Position numbers and translations under genes: made by a program
The notes under the pieces: model-generated
Database searches by the model: none
Told to the model about the DNA's origin: nothing
What the model saw: only the letters and a program-made list of their open reading frames with translations
Origin: a virus
Length of the DNA: 64,000 nucleotides
Direction: 5' to 3' (one strand)
Virus record (IMG/VR): IMGVR_UViG_3300035661_000023
Span: 33,346 to 97,345 of that record
Part shown: positions 11,086 through 24,670 of the stretch, piece by piece
How positions within the stretch are numbered: the first letter of the stretch is position 1
How the letters are laid out: the number at the start of each line of letters is the position of its first letter

Positions 11086-11482
11086 TAGTCTATCTAGATG
11101 TTGTTGCAATTCTATTCACCGTTATAGTTATCTGTTCTTGTTCGTAAATCTGAACTCCATTCACAGATACCATAACATTATTAGTCGAAAAGTTCTTGAT
11201 TCCTTTTAACGTGGCAATAACTCTAGCTTGTTTTTCATCAACAATCTGAGTATCCTCGTACCATTTTCCATTGTATTTAATTCTTACGGTTACTCGGAAA
11301 TGTGTTGGCTTCCTATGTAATGGGGCAGGAACGAAACCACCCCAGCCTCCACCACCACTGGAATGAGGGATGACAGGCTCAATGATTACTTCTGTTTCGT
11401 ATGTACCTAGATTTGCTATAGATCTGGTAGTGACCTAACCAGGGAATAAACCTTGTACCGCTAGATTCTTATGCTCGAACAT
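11072..11482 (-). CDS. Hypothetical structural protein (TAG at codon 16; end ambiguous, TAG 11090 or TGA 11072)
   Basis: Fills the gap between flanking genes only with read-through. Confidence 0.55.
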
Positions 11483-11486
11483 AGAA

Positions 11487-12224
11487 TTAGACTCGAGTTA
11501 TGATGGTTTCTGTGGATGTTGTGACGATGTTCTGGCTTATAGATCCAGCGACACGTGCATTCTCTGTGACGATCAGTGGCTTAGTAATGTCCAAACCGAG
11601 AAGTTCATACATTTCCAGAATCATAGTTGCTTGTGTTGGAGTCAGTCCAGCAGTCTGGTTTTCCAGAGTTAGTACATGAGCAAGTTCAGGAGCAAGTTCA
11701 GTGCGAACTGCAGCTGCTATAGTATTAGCCTAAGGTATCTGGTTTGATTTAGCTAGGACTGTAGATGATTCAATTTCTGCTAGAGTAGCTCCGCCACCAG
11801 CTCCAGTCTACGTCAATGTTCTATCTGTATAATTCCAGATATCTGCCGCTGTTGGTCCAGAACTACCTGATGTTGATACCGTGTTCACCAATGCGGAAAC
11901 TGTAGCAGGAAACTGTGCTACCATTCCTGGAGTATAATAGGCTGTTTCATAGTCGTCAGAGTACAACACACCAGTAACTCTGACCTTAGTAAAATCCAAA
12001 GATAGCTTCCAACCATTGATCAAGAAGTACACATCACCTGTATACACACCTGGGCCAATTTGATCCAAACCTGTCACCCTGATGGCAGGAAGATATTTGA
12101 GGTTATCGGCTGTGGCTATCCAGTCTACCCAGGCAGAATATACATCTACTCGAATATCAAGAGATGTTACTGTGCTCAGTACACTGATTACCTTTGTCAC
12201 ACCATCAAATGTTACTTTTGCCAT
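11487..12224 (-). CDS. Tail/baseplate-associated structural protein, 245 aa (2 TAG)
   Basis: Continuous frame to TAA at 11487; PTAADIW and P*ANTIAAAVR repeats. Confidence 0.7.
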
Positions 12225-12289
12225 CGATAAGAATTAGTTCAAAAAATAAGGGGAATGTTCCCTTATTTACAGATGAAAATCTGAGATGA

Positions 12290-13723
12290 TTAGGATGCGT
12301 AGACGCGATCTTGTTCTGCAGTCAATGACAGAGAAATGGCTTTACTTCTAGTCAGAGTACCAGTTGCAACCACATACTTGCCAGAACCTGGGCGGACACC
12401 AATCAAGGTAATCGCTCTGTCTGTAGCCGGAGTTGCTCCACCCTGTACGTTACCATCATAGTCATACGTGAAGGCAATAGATGAAGCGGAAATAGTTCCT
12501 GTGATTGGTGTGCCCTAGGCATCGTTAACTGTGATCGCACCAGATTCACCATAGTCGTTACCAGCACCCGGAGGAGATGTGAACATCATGCGATATGAAG
12601 AACCAGCTCCTATCAATGGCGCGTTGAATGTAATTGTACCAACTGCGGTGTATGGGTTAGTTCTCAGCGTATTTGAATCATCATAGAATTCAATACGGTT
12701 AGAGTCAGCTGACTGGATATTATCGATGTAAACTGATTGTGATGTTACCAGAGTATCACCAACGAATGTCAACAGAGAAGAAGCAGTCTTACCAGTTACA
12801 GAACCTGCGGTACCGGCAGTGTTGATGTTACTGTTCTGACGCAACAAGTATTGAATCTTGGTGTAGATCTGTTCAAGTGTTGCATTGTTACCGTTAATGA
12901 TAATCTTGAAGTTTCTAGAAGTACCACCGATAACTCTTGTCTGGTTTTCCGTGTAGTAGGAAACATTAATACCAGAGTATGGTGCTCCTGACATTGCAGC
13001 ATCAAGAATAGGTGAACCAGAAGAGTAGGTCTTCAAGTCATCTTCGTTTGACAGCAGAACATTAACGATGTTAGCACCAGTAGATGTCTTACCGGTATCA
13101 GCCAGCACTGAGTCTTTGTACTTCTTGTTAGATTCTCTAACGAATGCCTTGAAGTAAGTTCTCTTGTCGAATGTTGTCGTTGTTGCATCAGCTGTAATAT
13201 CACCATAAATCTGGATACCTTCGTCACATTGGTCAGTGAATGTAAAGTTAGTAGGAGCATCAATAGAAGCTCGTTGATAGTACAACTGAGAACCAGCGGA
13301 TACGGAACCCAGACCCACAATACCCACATACTGTCTAGCCAAAGCACCACCAGAGATTAGGTTACCAGAACCATCATACACACCAGCTGTGAATTCAGAC
13401 CAACCACCATCACGCAGCATTTGACGGGTTGCATCATTAGCTGGTTTCCAGCCGTTGTACCGAGCACCATCAGTACCAAATTGGAACTGACCAGAAAGTC
13501 GGTCAATCGCATACATCGGAAATGGAGAATCTTGGTATGCAAGCGTATTCCACAAGTCAACAAACTTAGAATATAAAGCAGCTAGTTCTACTCCATCTTT
13601 GGCAATTAAGCCGTTTGTAGTAGAACCGTCTGCAGACGCAATAAGTGTAAATGTTTTAGCAACTTCGTCAATTGTAAGATTTGTTCCTACTATAAGTTGC
13701 GTTCTGCTATTCAGCTTTGCCAT
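12290..13723 (-). CDS. Tail/baseplate-associated structural protein, 477 aa (1 TAG at 12515)
   Basis: VNDA*GTPITG read-through to TAA; beta-rich; late promoter upstream. Confidence 0.7.
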
Positions 13724-13747
13724 GAATTTTCCTTAATAGTTTTGATA

Positions 13748-13755
13748 TATTTATA
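13748..13755 (-). promoter_or_regulatory. T4 late promoter TATAAATA
   Basis: Exact T4 gp55 consensus about 25 nt upstream of the ATG at 13723. Confidence 0.75.
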
Positions 13756-13822
13756 GTCAAGCGAGAAACACATATGATCTTTAGTTGTGTATTAAGTTCA
13801 TCTTTAGTGTAACTTGTGTAAC

Positions 13823-16800
13823 TTACTCATAAGCCAGATCAACCAGTTGAGCAACAGGAATTGATGCATCGGTGGTACCTAGCGCATAATTACGAATTGT
13901 GTATGGTTTGAATCCAGGTTTGTACACAACAATGTCTACATTCTGTTGAACTGAATACTCATAGTTCCAATATGTCACCGAGTTGTTTTCTATAGAAGCA
14001 ATAATGGTTGTTGTACCTGCCATCAGGACCACGATATCAGATCCAGTCTTAAGACCAGTCAGTGTCAGATTGTTCACAGATGCTGGATAGTAATTTCCCA
14101 CTACATTGTCTAGTTCTGTAAACAGGCGGATTGCCATTAACTTACTGGTCGGTTGTGGTGCAAATACACCAATTGTGTTAGTCGCAGTGATTGTCCCGTG
14201 AATACCAACAAGACTCACCTATCCAGATGCAGTAGACAAACTCGCCGCTGTGTTGCCATAAGATGCTGTGGTTACAGTAAATGTTGTGGCGTTTACAATA
14301 GCATGCACGAAGTAGGTAGTTCCCGTGCTCAGACCACCAATCGCGGTTTCTACTCTGAACCCCATACTTGAGTGTAGGTTAGCAGTGCTGTCACATGTTA
14401 CTGCTGCATACGTACCGGTTATTACTGTAGATGTAACACCTTGAGGAAAGTTAACTACCCATGTGGAGCCGGAGCCGGAGCCGGAGATATTTGCTACAAT
14501 ATATGTACCAGAAGTAACCCCGGTGCCTGTCACCAGCATACCAGGTACTATTGTGCCAGCAGCTAATGTTCCGACTGTTAATGTAGTTCCAGCAATTGTG
14601 GATCCATTCAGTGTCGCTGTTGTATTAGCAGCAGTTGCTGAAATTGTAGCTACTAAAGTACTAGAATAAATTGTGTCACCGGTAGCCCAAGACCCAGTAA
14701 CGCTGGAGCACGCGATGCTACCAGTTGTTGATGTAGTTATAGTTTCGTCGGCTTCAATTACAGCCGTACCAGTTGCAGAGGCGGCTGATAGTGTGTTTCT
14801 AATTGTTTCACCGATGACAAACTGTGCAGTCTGCCCTGTGTATTTCATGACATATCTTGCACTAACCCGAAACTTGATTCTGAAACCAACTGATGGATCA
14901 AAAGCAGTTTCGTATGCTAGATTGCAGATCCCATTATTGCCGTTTAGCAATTTCCAAGAACCAGAATAACCAGCACCTCTGTCTAAATCATACTCAAGTT
15001 TTGCACCCAGAGATGTTACTGGGCTCAGTCCAATATCAACGCCATAGATGTGTGGCATGCGTCTAGAGAATCCAGTTACACCCTTGATAACATGAGGCCA
15101 CTCGAATGTGACAACATCTGAGTTGGTAGTAAAGAACAAACCACCCGAGTTATCAAAATAAGCATTACCAGATACAAACGCATAAGGTTTCAACGACTTA
15201 GTCGATGGAGACATTCTAACATCCAAACATCCCTTGTTTGCAGCTCCCCATGTCATTTCGTGGAACATGTTATCATAAACCGCAGCAAGTGATGCTGGGT
15301 TAACTGGGAAACTATCCTGAGATGGGTTAGTGGTCATATTCCATGATACAGCACTGTTTACTGGGATAGAATCGCAGCCAGGGGACCCTTTGTAGATTGT
15401 ATCTAAAGAAGAAGCACCCCACGGACTAATTCCGCTTAGGGTTGATGTTACGTTCTGAAACTTGATCCCAGATGATGCGTTGTTAATAATAGAATCAAAA
15501 TACACAGTAGACACATAATTTCTTGGATTGACCATCTTGATATTATGTAAGTACACATTATAAGCAGCTGTGGAATATCCCAACAAGTTACCGACGGAAC
15601 CATTGAACGAGATTGTGGAATTCTTTATCGTGATACCACTAGCTCCGTTCTATGGATACAATAGAACGTTTCTATCAGCCAGATAGTTGTTTGCCGGTTG
15701 ATAATTATCGATCGTGTGATTTGAAGATGAAGCATAAGCAAACGCTACATCTGTTCCACCAGATTCTGTACTGTAAACTTGGTTCTGATCGGTGATTGTA
15801 AAATTAGGTCCTGAATTATCGACATGCAAGTGAGCCCAATACTGACCAGTAGGTGCTGCTTGGATGTTAGTAACAATACCTGCTGGAGCATCATATAGGA
15901 AATAACCAGAAACACCATCAGAGAAGTTGAATAATTGTTGCGGCAAGAATGCAGTAATAGCCGTCGCATTAGGTGGTGTCGGCACTGGTATAGATGATCC
16001 AACTGTGACCATAGCTCGTACAGCTTCTACCATACTACCCATCAGTGGCAATCTGATGACTGCGTTAGTTGCGTTTGATGTTGTTGTAAATGTTACAGAA
16101 TATCTCTTCCATTGGTTAGTCAAAACCAAGCTATTAGTTGTAGTTCCAAACAACAGATCACAAGTAATATAGTCACGAAGATCTGGGTGTCTAGCTCTTA
16201 GATAGACCTAGAATGTATACGGGACTCCGATTCCTGTGTTGATAGTTTGTGTCAGAGTTCCGTTTGCAGCAGCAGCATATAAAGATGCCCCTAGTGCAGT
16301 TCCTAGTGCAGCGTTATTGCCAATAAGGTTGTCAAATGGTGTATACACAGCAGCGTTTGTTGCTGTGATGTTCGATGCCACCCATGTTGTTGCTAGAGTA
16401 TCTGATTGCAGTGCCTGGTTTTGGATGACAACAGGAGCAGTAGCAATGCCAGCCATCTCAGGCAGTTCTTGCCCAACAACAAAGCGTAGTGTTTGATTCA
16501 CAAATGTATTTGTGTTTGCAACGGATACTGTCATGGAAGTTGCAGAGTCTACAGTCTACACTACACTATCTAAGCCAACGTTAGAACCGAAGATATACAT
16601 TCCGGGAGCAGGACTGAAGCCGATATAAGATCTGTTATTACCTCTAGATGTCACATTAGCAGTTAGGTTAGCAGACAGCACGATTGTATCAAAATCTGGC
16701 ACATCTATCACAGTAGTTCCTACTGGAATGCCGGGTCCGGTTACAATTACTCCTGGTATGATACCGTTGGCAAAGAAGTTGAATACCGTAGATGATAGTA

Positions 16801-19800
16801 CGTTTGTACCAACTTTTCCATCAATTTCAAATGATGCTTGCCAGTAGTACCAGCTACCTTGTGTGGTGATTGTGTTAGCCGCAGCAGTGCCAGAGCAGTT
16901 TGCGATCGATGCAGCTCCACCACCGGACAATTTGCGCAGTCTGTAGTAGTACGTCGTTCCTTTAGTCACACCATGTGTGTCATTAAAGAACATCTGCCCA
17001 GCAGTTACTGATTGTGTAGCACCAATTAATGTTGTAGCATCTCTAGCAGTAAAACCTGGTGTAGTTGATCTGAACAACTGATATACACCTTTATAGAAAG
17101 ATGCAGTCATACCAGACGCAGTTTTAGTAGCAGGCTTGTTGATAGTAAACGTTGTGCCGTTTGTGATACCTGTTACAATTGCTCCGTTCACTGGGCTGCC
17201 AGCGGCACCACCGAATAAAGCCATAGCACCAGTTGCAACTTGGTTACCGTTACTTAATACCATGACAGTGCCGACTTGCAGACCAGCAGTTGATGTACAA
17301 GTCACTGTTGTGCTACCGTTTGTTGTAGAAACAGAAGACGCTGTGTTTAGTGCAGTACTAAATTCTGTCGATTGGTGATATACGGAAATTCTGTTATATA
17401 CTGGCATAACATCTGTATACAAAGTCCAGGTAGGAGTTGTTACAGAAATGTCAGAAGTATACGCAAACCTACCCGTTATCGCAGACACAACACCAACGGC
17501 ATTACCATTATTCGCAATGCCAATCCAAGATGTAACATCTGGTAGATATTTCAGAGCAGACCAAGTAACACCATCGGTTGAAGTGGCGAAGCACGCAGAT
17601 GCTTGAGCTGCAGTAAATGCTGTGTGTGATGTAGTATTCCACACAGAACCAGCCATGATCACAAACACAGAACCAGTGAATATGATCTTAGAATATGTCA
17701 TACCTGTGGGGAGAGCTGGTGCAGTGCTAGCTGTCCAGGATGTTCCGTCTGTGCTGTATGCGGTAGGCCCTGTTGTACTTGAACCCGAAATTGCAACGAA
17801 TTTTGAAGCACCGAATGCAATCTATTGCCATAGAGATGATGCTAGAGCACCACCAGCAGTCCAAGTTGCTCCATCTACGGAATATGCAGATGCAGTACTT
17901 GCCACAGACCCACCTGCAATTGCTATATATCTTCCTGCACCGTTTGAAGTTACATCAATCCAAGTGGCTGATGCTAATGTGGTTGCAGTAAAAACGAAGG
18001 ACCCGGTTGTTACACTACCTCTAGTGCCAGCCGTTGACACAGCAGATCCACCAGATACTGCTACCCATTTATTTGTTGCTTGGGTGTTATCAAATGCCAG
18101 TTTTTGCCACTGAGCAGCTGCTGGTGCAGTTGTTACTTGTGACCAATCTTTCCCATTAGTGGAAATTGCAATTAATGTAGAAGCCGCCCCACCACCACCG
18201 ATTGCCATAAAGTAGTTCTGTGTTGGGCACCAGATAATATCTCGCCAGTATGTAGAAGCTGTGGTTGATGCTATAGGTAATTGATATGCAGTCCAAGTTA
18301 CTCCATTATCATCAGAAACCATAGCTGTGTTAGCACCAACAGCTATAGCCCCGTCTAAAAATACCCATGATCCATTACCGTATGCCATACAAGGTGCCGT
18401 TGTTTGCTACCAAGCCGGAGTTACACCCACACGCTGTGGCATTTGCAAATACTTCGGGAAATTGCCATGCACACCACAAATTGGCATAGAATCTACATAA
18501 GACGTTACATCTTGCACATTTGTTGTTTTGTATGATCTAGACTTCAACCAGTATTTTGTGTCTTTTGCAATGTACTGTTCGTTCTTAACATCTGCCAGAA
18601 CACGCATACCAGATGCCCAGCTATACCCCTCATTGTTGATACCAGTTCTGTGTGTGATATTAGAAATCTTGGTGTTGTTGACAACATAGCACCCCATCAC
18701 ACCATTGACATTATACAGCTTGATGTTAGAATAGTTATGATTATTACCAGCACTATTTGGTGAAAATGCAGTGTTGTTTGGTCTAGTTTTTGGATATGAA
18801 CCAACCTGGATTCCTTTGAAGTTGTTGATCGTGACATTATTAGAATAACTAAGTCCAAAGAATCCTGCATATGCTGAGCCAATCGATGGGTTTGTCTACA
18901 AACCGTAGTTCATATGACCACCAAACGTCATCGTCACATTTTGTATATTTGCATTAGAAACATATGACCACAAAGCACTAGTCAACGAGTTACCAAAAGA
19001 GGCAGTATTGCCTAATAACATACGATGTTCGCGAACTACCCAGGGTCCATAATATGTGTACGCAGTTGTGCTAGTCGTTGTGTGTGCAGCAGTAGAAATC
19101 ACTAATGATGTCGCAGAAACTACTGAGGTAACAGTTGCCGCATGAATAGCTGCACCACCAGTAGTCAACAACATACCAGGAATAATAGCAGTTGATGACG
19201 GTATTGTGATTGTTGTTGAAGATGCAGTAGAAGCACCAGTAGCACCAAGAGCTACTGGGCTAGTTACCATCATCCCGAATGATGGTAACTAGAATGCTAC
19301 GTTATCCATCGATAGCTGGTAGCACTCTGAAATGAATGGAACACACTGCCCACCTGAGTTAGTGATTGATACAGAACTAGCTTGTGAGAAGTTAGAATAT
19401 GATTCACCAAACAGAGTCTTGTCAAAGCTAAATTTCCCCCCACCAGCAGAAGTTCTTAAGTGGAACGGAGCATTACTAGATGTAAACACCGCATTCATGA
19501 AGTTAGCCGGAGAATAATCCGTTAACATTATGTTTGGGACTCTAATCTTAGCACCGGTCGGCGGGAGAGTCCCATTCGTGCCATCTCCGAATCTCAGTGT
19601 AGTTGTATTCTGTGCATAGATAGGCAGAATTGCTGCCATTGGTATATTAGCAAAACCAGTAGTACCAGAAGATGATGCAAAAGATATTACACCATTAATC
19701 GTGAAACTAGTTGAAGATAGTACTTCTTGTACCACAGCACCACCAGATATACTTCTGCTGTACACCCAAGTACCGGGTACTAACCCAGCGGTCGATGTGC

Positions 19801-21304
19801 AGGTTATGACATTTGTATTTACAATTGCATTTGTGTTGCCCAACATTAAGTATTGGCAAGCAGATTTATTAAAATCTTGAGTGAATACTTTTCCCCCATC
19901 GCCCTTCCCGACGGAACGAAATCCATTACGCATCCAGTTCCATTGTGCATAGTCTGGAGAACCAGAAACATTAACCCATGCTTCATATACACCAGATCCA
20001 GAAGCTGTCTCTACCCATATAGTTGGGATATAGTCACCGGTAGTATATGGAGATATGACGGTCTGCCCAGCGATTCCGGAGCCAGTGCCAATCTCAATCC
20101 AATTGCCGATGGTTTCGAATGTACCAAGTCCGTTTGTGCAGTCGATAGCACTGAGAACTGCTGTTGTGTTAAGTCTGCCAGTACCAAATCGAATTGGTGT
20201 TGTTGTGCTAGAGTTTGTTACAGAGACCTTCCCATTAGTGACGGTCAGTGCTGTAGTTCCTGCTAAGAAGACTTTCTGATCAGTGTTGACAGTCAAAACA
20301 GCACCGTTGTTTACAGTAATGCCATCACCAGATACTAATCTTGGTTTGATCAGTTTAAATTCTCTGTTATATGCAGCAGATGTGATTGTGGTCACAGACC
20401 ACTTGACTCCGTCATATGAGAAAGCACCCACCGTACTTGAAATGGTGAGAGCAGTAAACATCTGCAAACCGTTCGAAGCAGCTTTACCACCAGCAATAAT
20501 CCAGTTACCAGTAGCAGGAAGTGTAGATGCAAGCCACGTGGCACCGCCATCCAAAGAATATGCACCTGTTGTTCCAGTTGATGGAACTGCTACCCATGTC
20601 CCATTAGAATTGCCAATGTTTGCCCAGCTAATCATAGACCATGCTGCAGCCGATGGCAGAACTCCAGATCGCAGAGTCCAGTTCTGCCCATCGGTAGATG
20701 TACACACATCTTGAGACCCATTGGCGATAAGCACAAACACACCATTGGCAAACTTCAGATCAATCCAAGCAGCAGTAGAGGGTAGAGTAACTGAGGACCA
20801 AGTCGATCCAGCATCGATCTAATATGCAGCTGATGTAGAAGAAGGGGCTACTGTTACGAATGTATTGTTGCCAAATGCTAGCAATGACCAAGCTGCAGCA
20901 GATGGAAGTGTAGAAGCAGTCCAGCTAATACCTTCCTTGTGTCGCATGTAAGCAGCAGAAGTTGTGGATGTGTTAACAGAAACAAATGACCCATTACCGT
21001 ATACACATTTCTTCCATGCAGTACCAGTAGGTAATTGTGTAGCAGCATTAGTAGAAGCAGCACCAGAAGTTAGAGGAGCAATAACGGCGGCACTAGTTCT
21101 GTCTGCGGCTACTAAAACACATAATCCATCATCAGAAAAGTCCCAACCTGTCCATGTAGATACAGCAGAGAATATATTACCAGAAGTAGTCCAATTCTGC
21201 CCATTGACAGAATAATAAGAAGTTTGCGCGCCGTTTATGGGTGTGTAAAACTGGTACCCGACTTCTGAAATATTTTGATCTGTTGTTACAACGTATTGAG
21301 TCAT
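13823..21304 (-). CDS. Giant tail fibre/adhesin, 2,493 aa with 9 in-frame TAG
   Basis: Ten ORF-track fragments share one frame and are separated only by TAG (20819, 19289, 18896, 18407, 17822, 16556, 16208, 15650, 14219); Asp-box/BNR-like YSxDGxxW repeats, FN3-like TYYYRL, Thr/Ser-rich. Confidence 0.88.
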
Positions 21305-21843
21305 TAATTAAAACCCTCTGGCCATCCTGTATTGATATCTATTGATTCTGGATTTTCAGAATCATCCACCAATGATTTTAAGTACTCTGCATATCCATAA
21401 ATGCTTTGTTCTTGAATCATCTGGGAATAGTATATCTATTTAATGAGGTCAGAGGTCATTAAAATCTTAGAACTACTCATTGTTTTCCACATTAAATCTT
21501 GTGGGATATTCTCACCAGCAATCAGTAGAGCCAATTGTTGTAATTTAGAATGTGTGTCGGAGTGAAACCAATTTTCTCCTACTTTACAACCACCATTGGT
21601 CATCTTATCATCTCTGATTGCTTGTATATTATTCCAAACATCATCTGCTATCTTTTTATTAGCAATGTCCATTACACCAAAATCACCATTCACTGCTCTA
21701 TTGAATAGTTCAACTCCCATTGGGTCTGTATCTGCTGAACTGGCGATATATGGAGTTTCTACTTCCTGATCTTCAAATACTACATTCATTGAAATAGTAT
21801 GTCTAGTGCGCCATTTTGGTGAATTAGCAGATATGTAGTTCAT
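21304..21843 (-). CDS. Tail fibre assembly-like protein (DUF4376-like), 179 aa (1 TAG)
   Basis: IQAIRD, WFHSD, WKTM and C-terminal IDINTGWP; directly upstream of the fibre gene. Confidence 0.7.
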
Positions 21844-21848
21844 AATAA

Positions 21849-22154
21849 TTATTCTGTCTTATTAAATTTTACTGTGTTCAATAGATTACTAATATTAGAA
21901 CTAATTTTCTCAATATCTTCATCCATTCTAGCACTCTCAGTTGCAATGATATTGATTTCTTTACTTAGATGATCTACTTGTCTTTTAACTAAATGCAATG
22001 CAGTATTGAAGTTTTCGTGCTGCATTTTGTCATTGCTACAAGAATCATATAATATTTGTTTTATTTTATCAGATGTCTTTTTCTGTCTAATCAAAACAAA
22101 TACTATAACTACAAGCAATAATAGAATCAGTAGATCTATATAATGCATAATCAC
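21849..22154 (-). CDS. Membrane-anchored coiled-coil protein
   Basis: N-terminal TM followed by heptad pattern. Confidence 0.6.
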   Translation of the reverse strand: MIMHYIDLLILLLLVVIVFVLIRQKKTSDKIKQILYDSCSNDKMQHENFNTALHLVKRQVDHLSKEINIIATESARMDEDIEKISSNISNLLNTVKFNKTE

Positions 22155-22444
22155 ACCTTGATATCTTTATATTTGGAGATTTCATTCCGAAGTTTATCTA
22201 CTTCAGATCCCAATGTTTGAATTTCCATGTTGAGCATGTGGTTCTCTTTGACCAACTGAATCAAATCATAATTCAGTTTCTGCATCTCTTGTCTTAGTAA
22301 ATCTAATTGTTTGCCTAATTCAACATTACGAAAGATCATCAATTTGATACAATCTGTATTGTGCTTCTTTTCTGTATACAAAAGAAGACACAACGCAACG
22401 CAGACTAGACAAATTAGTAGGGAAATGAATTCCAGATATATCAT
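22151..22444 (-). CDS. Membrane-anchored coiled-coil protein
   Basis: N-terminal TM followed by heptad pattern. Confidence 0.6.
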   Translation of the reverse strand: MIYLEFISLLICLVCVALCLLLYTEKKHNTDCIKLMIFRNVELGKQLDLLRQEMQKLNYDLIQLVKENHMLNMEIQTLGSEVDKLRNEISKYKDIKV

Positions 22445-22770
22445 GGTTGTGGTTTCTTATTGAGCAAATCCTCTAGCTCCTGAATCCTGGAATTCGAGTC
22501 TCGAATTTGGTGCATCAATGACAGATTCTGCTCATGAATCTCTGTCAATTGATCACGCGCCTTTTTTAATTCTGTAGACAGTAAAGTGACTTGGCTCATC
22601 AGCTATTCAATCTGCTGATGCTGCAATGTACCAACCGAAGTTACTTCTTCAATTTTAGTTTTCTTAAAATAAAACCAGATGCCGCTAAGAAGTGCAACGA
22701 AGCTTATACCGATAGAAACCTATCCGCCGCCATTCTAGTTCCCTATCAATGAAGCGATTATTGTGTCCAC
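22441..22770 (-). CDS. Membrane-anchored coiled-coil protein (3 TAG, GTG start)
   Basis: Visible only with read-through; TM then coiled coil; ATGA overlap with the next gene. Confidence 0.6.
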
Positions 22771-23150
22771 TCTCGATCCTTATTCTTATGTTCACTTACA
22801 ATAATGGTGTTTATGACGAATGCAACAAAACAAGAAACTCCTATCACCATCATGATAGTCATTTCAATCGTTGAAGATGATTTATTTAATGCAAAAAACA
22901 CCCATATAGAACCGGCTCCCCATAAGGATGCAATTCTTGCATATAATTGATGTGGATGGAATGCAATTGCAACCAATTGAATAGACTATACCAATATGCA
23001 CAATATCCCCCATAGAGGAACATAGTTTTCTAATTGATCTGTGTCAATTTGAAATAGAAATACAACACCAATGATCAGCATCGCGATACTAGATGCGACC
23101 TCTAGTGCACGTGTGTCTGGTGTAATGAAATTCCTGACAACTGGGCTCAT
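22758..23150 (-). CDS. Four-TM membrane protein (1 TAG)
   Basis: Hydrophobic helices; ATGA coupling at 23147-23150. Confidence 0.6.
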
Positions 23151-23440
23151 CTGTTTTTTCTCACGTTGTGCATGTTGAAAATTAGCATCACAAGAATATT
23201 AAAGATGGACCAAGCATAATTGGACCACTCTGTACCTTGCAGATCACCAAGAATATAGAAAGAATACTACCAACCTGACTGTGCAATAATTAGAACAACA
23301 CATGCCATACTGGCAAGATAGATTTTTACTTTATCCATCTTACGTCTGGAATTCTTGTAAGTAAATCCCATGCCAAACAAGGCTGTAATCGCCATTACTA
23401 TTGGCACAAGATCTACAAAAAACATTATCCCGATTTGCAT
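23147..23440 (-). CDS. Three-TM membrane protein (1 TAG)
   Basis: Hydrophobic helices; visible only with read-through. Confidence 0.55.
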
Positions 23441-23457
23441 TTAGTGCTCCATCTATA

Positions 23458-23793
23458 TTATTCCACCAGGATTTGACCAAACTGAAATCTGATTTTGGTT
23501 ACCCCAGGTGAGCCAGTCACACTGTACACATAACGAGGTCTAGTTAATGTTGTAGTATCTTCTACAATTATTTGATATATGCCTTGCAAAGGTGATGTTT
23601 TGACTATGCTTGCTGCATAAGTTGTACAACCATTCTCATATTCCAAGATCTGACATGTGATGTCAATTTCCTAAATGTCAATTGCAACACCGGTGGAATC
23701 TATTGCTTGGCAAGTGAATGCATTATCCTACCCTTGATAGACATACAAGTCTCTTTTTGAGACTATAATATCCGATTGACTGTTGATGGACAT
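23458..23793 (-). CDS. Small virion adaptor-like beta protein, 111 aa (2 TAG)
   Basis: VYQG*D...AIDI* and RYVY...RFQFGQI resemble the QGSD...IDLTG pattern of T4-like fibre adaptors. Confidence 0.6.
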
Positions 23794-23794
23794 T

Positions 23795-24583
23795 TCAATC
23801 TCCCATCAACTTTCTGACTCTGAGTTTTCTAGCCGTATCATCTGTATTCAGAGAGTATCCGGGCATAGTATAACGTTCTTGATCACGTGCCGGATCGGAT
23901 GTATATTTCTGCACGGAATCTTTTAATGTGTTCTGAGTCTTTAACCCAAGTTTAGAGAGCATACCGATCATGTCGGCATAAATCTTCTTCTGATCTAATG
24001 TCATAGCCTTGGCACCAGCTTTCTTGATCAGTTCATCTACTTGTTTCTGTGGTTCAGTAGCAGATAATTTGATGCTCAGAGCACCAGAGATAATAGAAAT
24101 TGCCTGGAGTTGGTCCTACTTTGTCGCTTCGAACAACTTCTCTGAGTCAATGCCTATCTTTTCAGCAGATTCAAAGATTTTGGAGAAATTCTTATTCTTG
24201 AAATGATCAAACATCTTGATCATACCAACTGGATCTTTAACCGCAGATTCTGAAACTACAGATTCAAATCCCATTGGGATTGAGTGGCCTTTATATGTGC
24301 CAGCTTGAAAATGTAATGATTGTTTAGATGGAATCAGATCAATAGGAAAAACTCTTTTCGTTTGTCCCTATTCATTCACAACGACTACATAATTGCTACG
24401 TTTGTCCAGAATCTCATGCAACTGATCTTCAATCAGTACTGATCTGCCGATGGTGAACACATTCTAAGAGAAGAACTTTTCTCTTTCTGGTGTGGGTTTG
24501 ATCTATTCCTCAACCAGTTTGGCACGTGAACGTTCCTCTGTGTTGCGAAGTTTATTCCCAAAATCTTTGAAATTGATGGCCAT
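23795..24583 (-). CDS. Hypothetical late protein, 262 aa (4 TAG); resembles the C-terminal part of T4-like cytidylyltransferase fusions
   Basis: REKFF..NVFTIG and ILDKRSNYV; own TAAATA upstream (~24615). Confidence 0.6.
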
Positions 24584-24670
24584 CTTTATAGAACTCAATG
24601 TTAGTGATAAGTGTATTTAATCCTTATCAATCTTCGTGGGCACAGTTTGGAACAGATTTGTTACCCCTCG

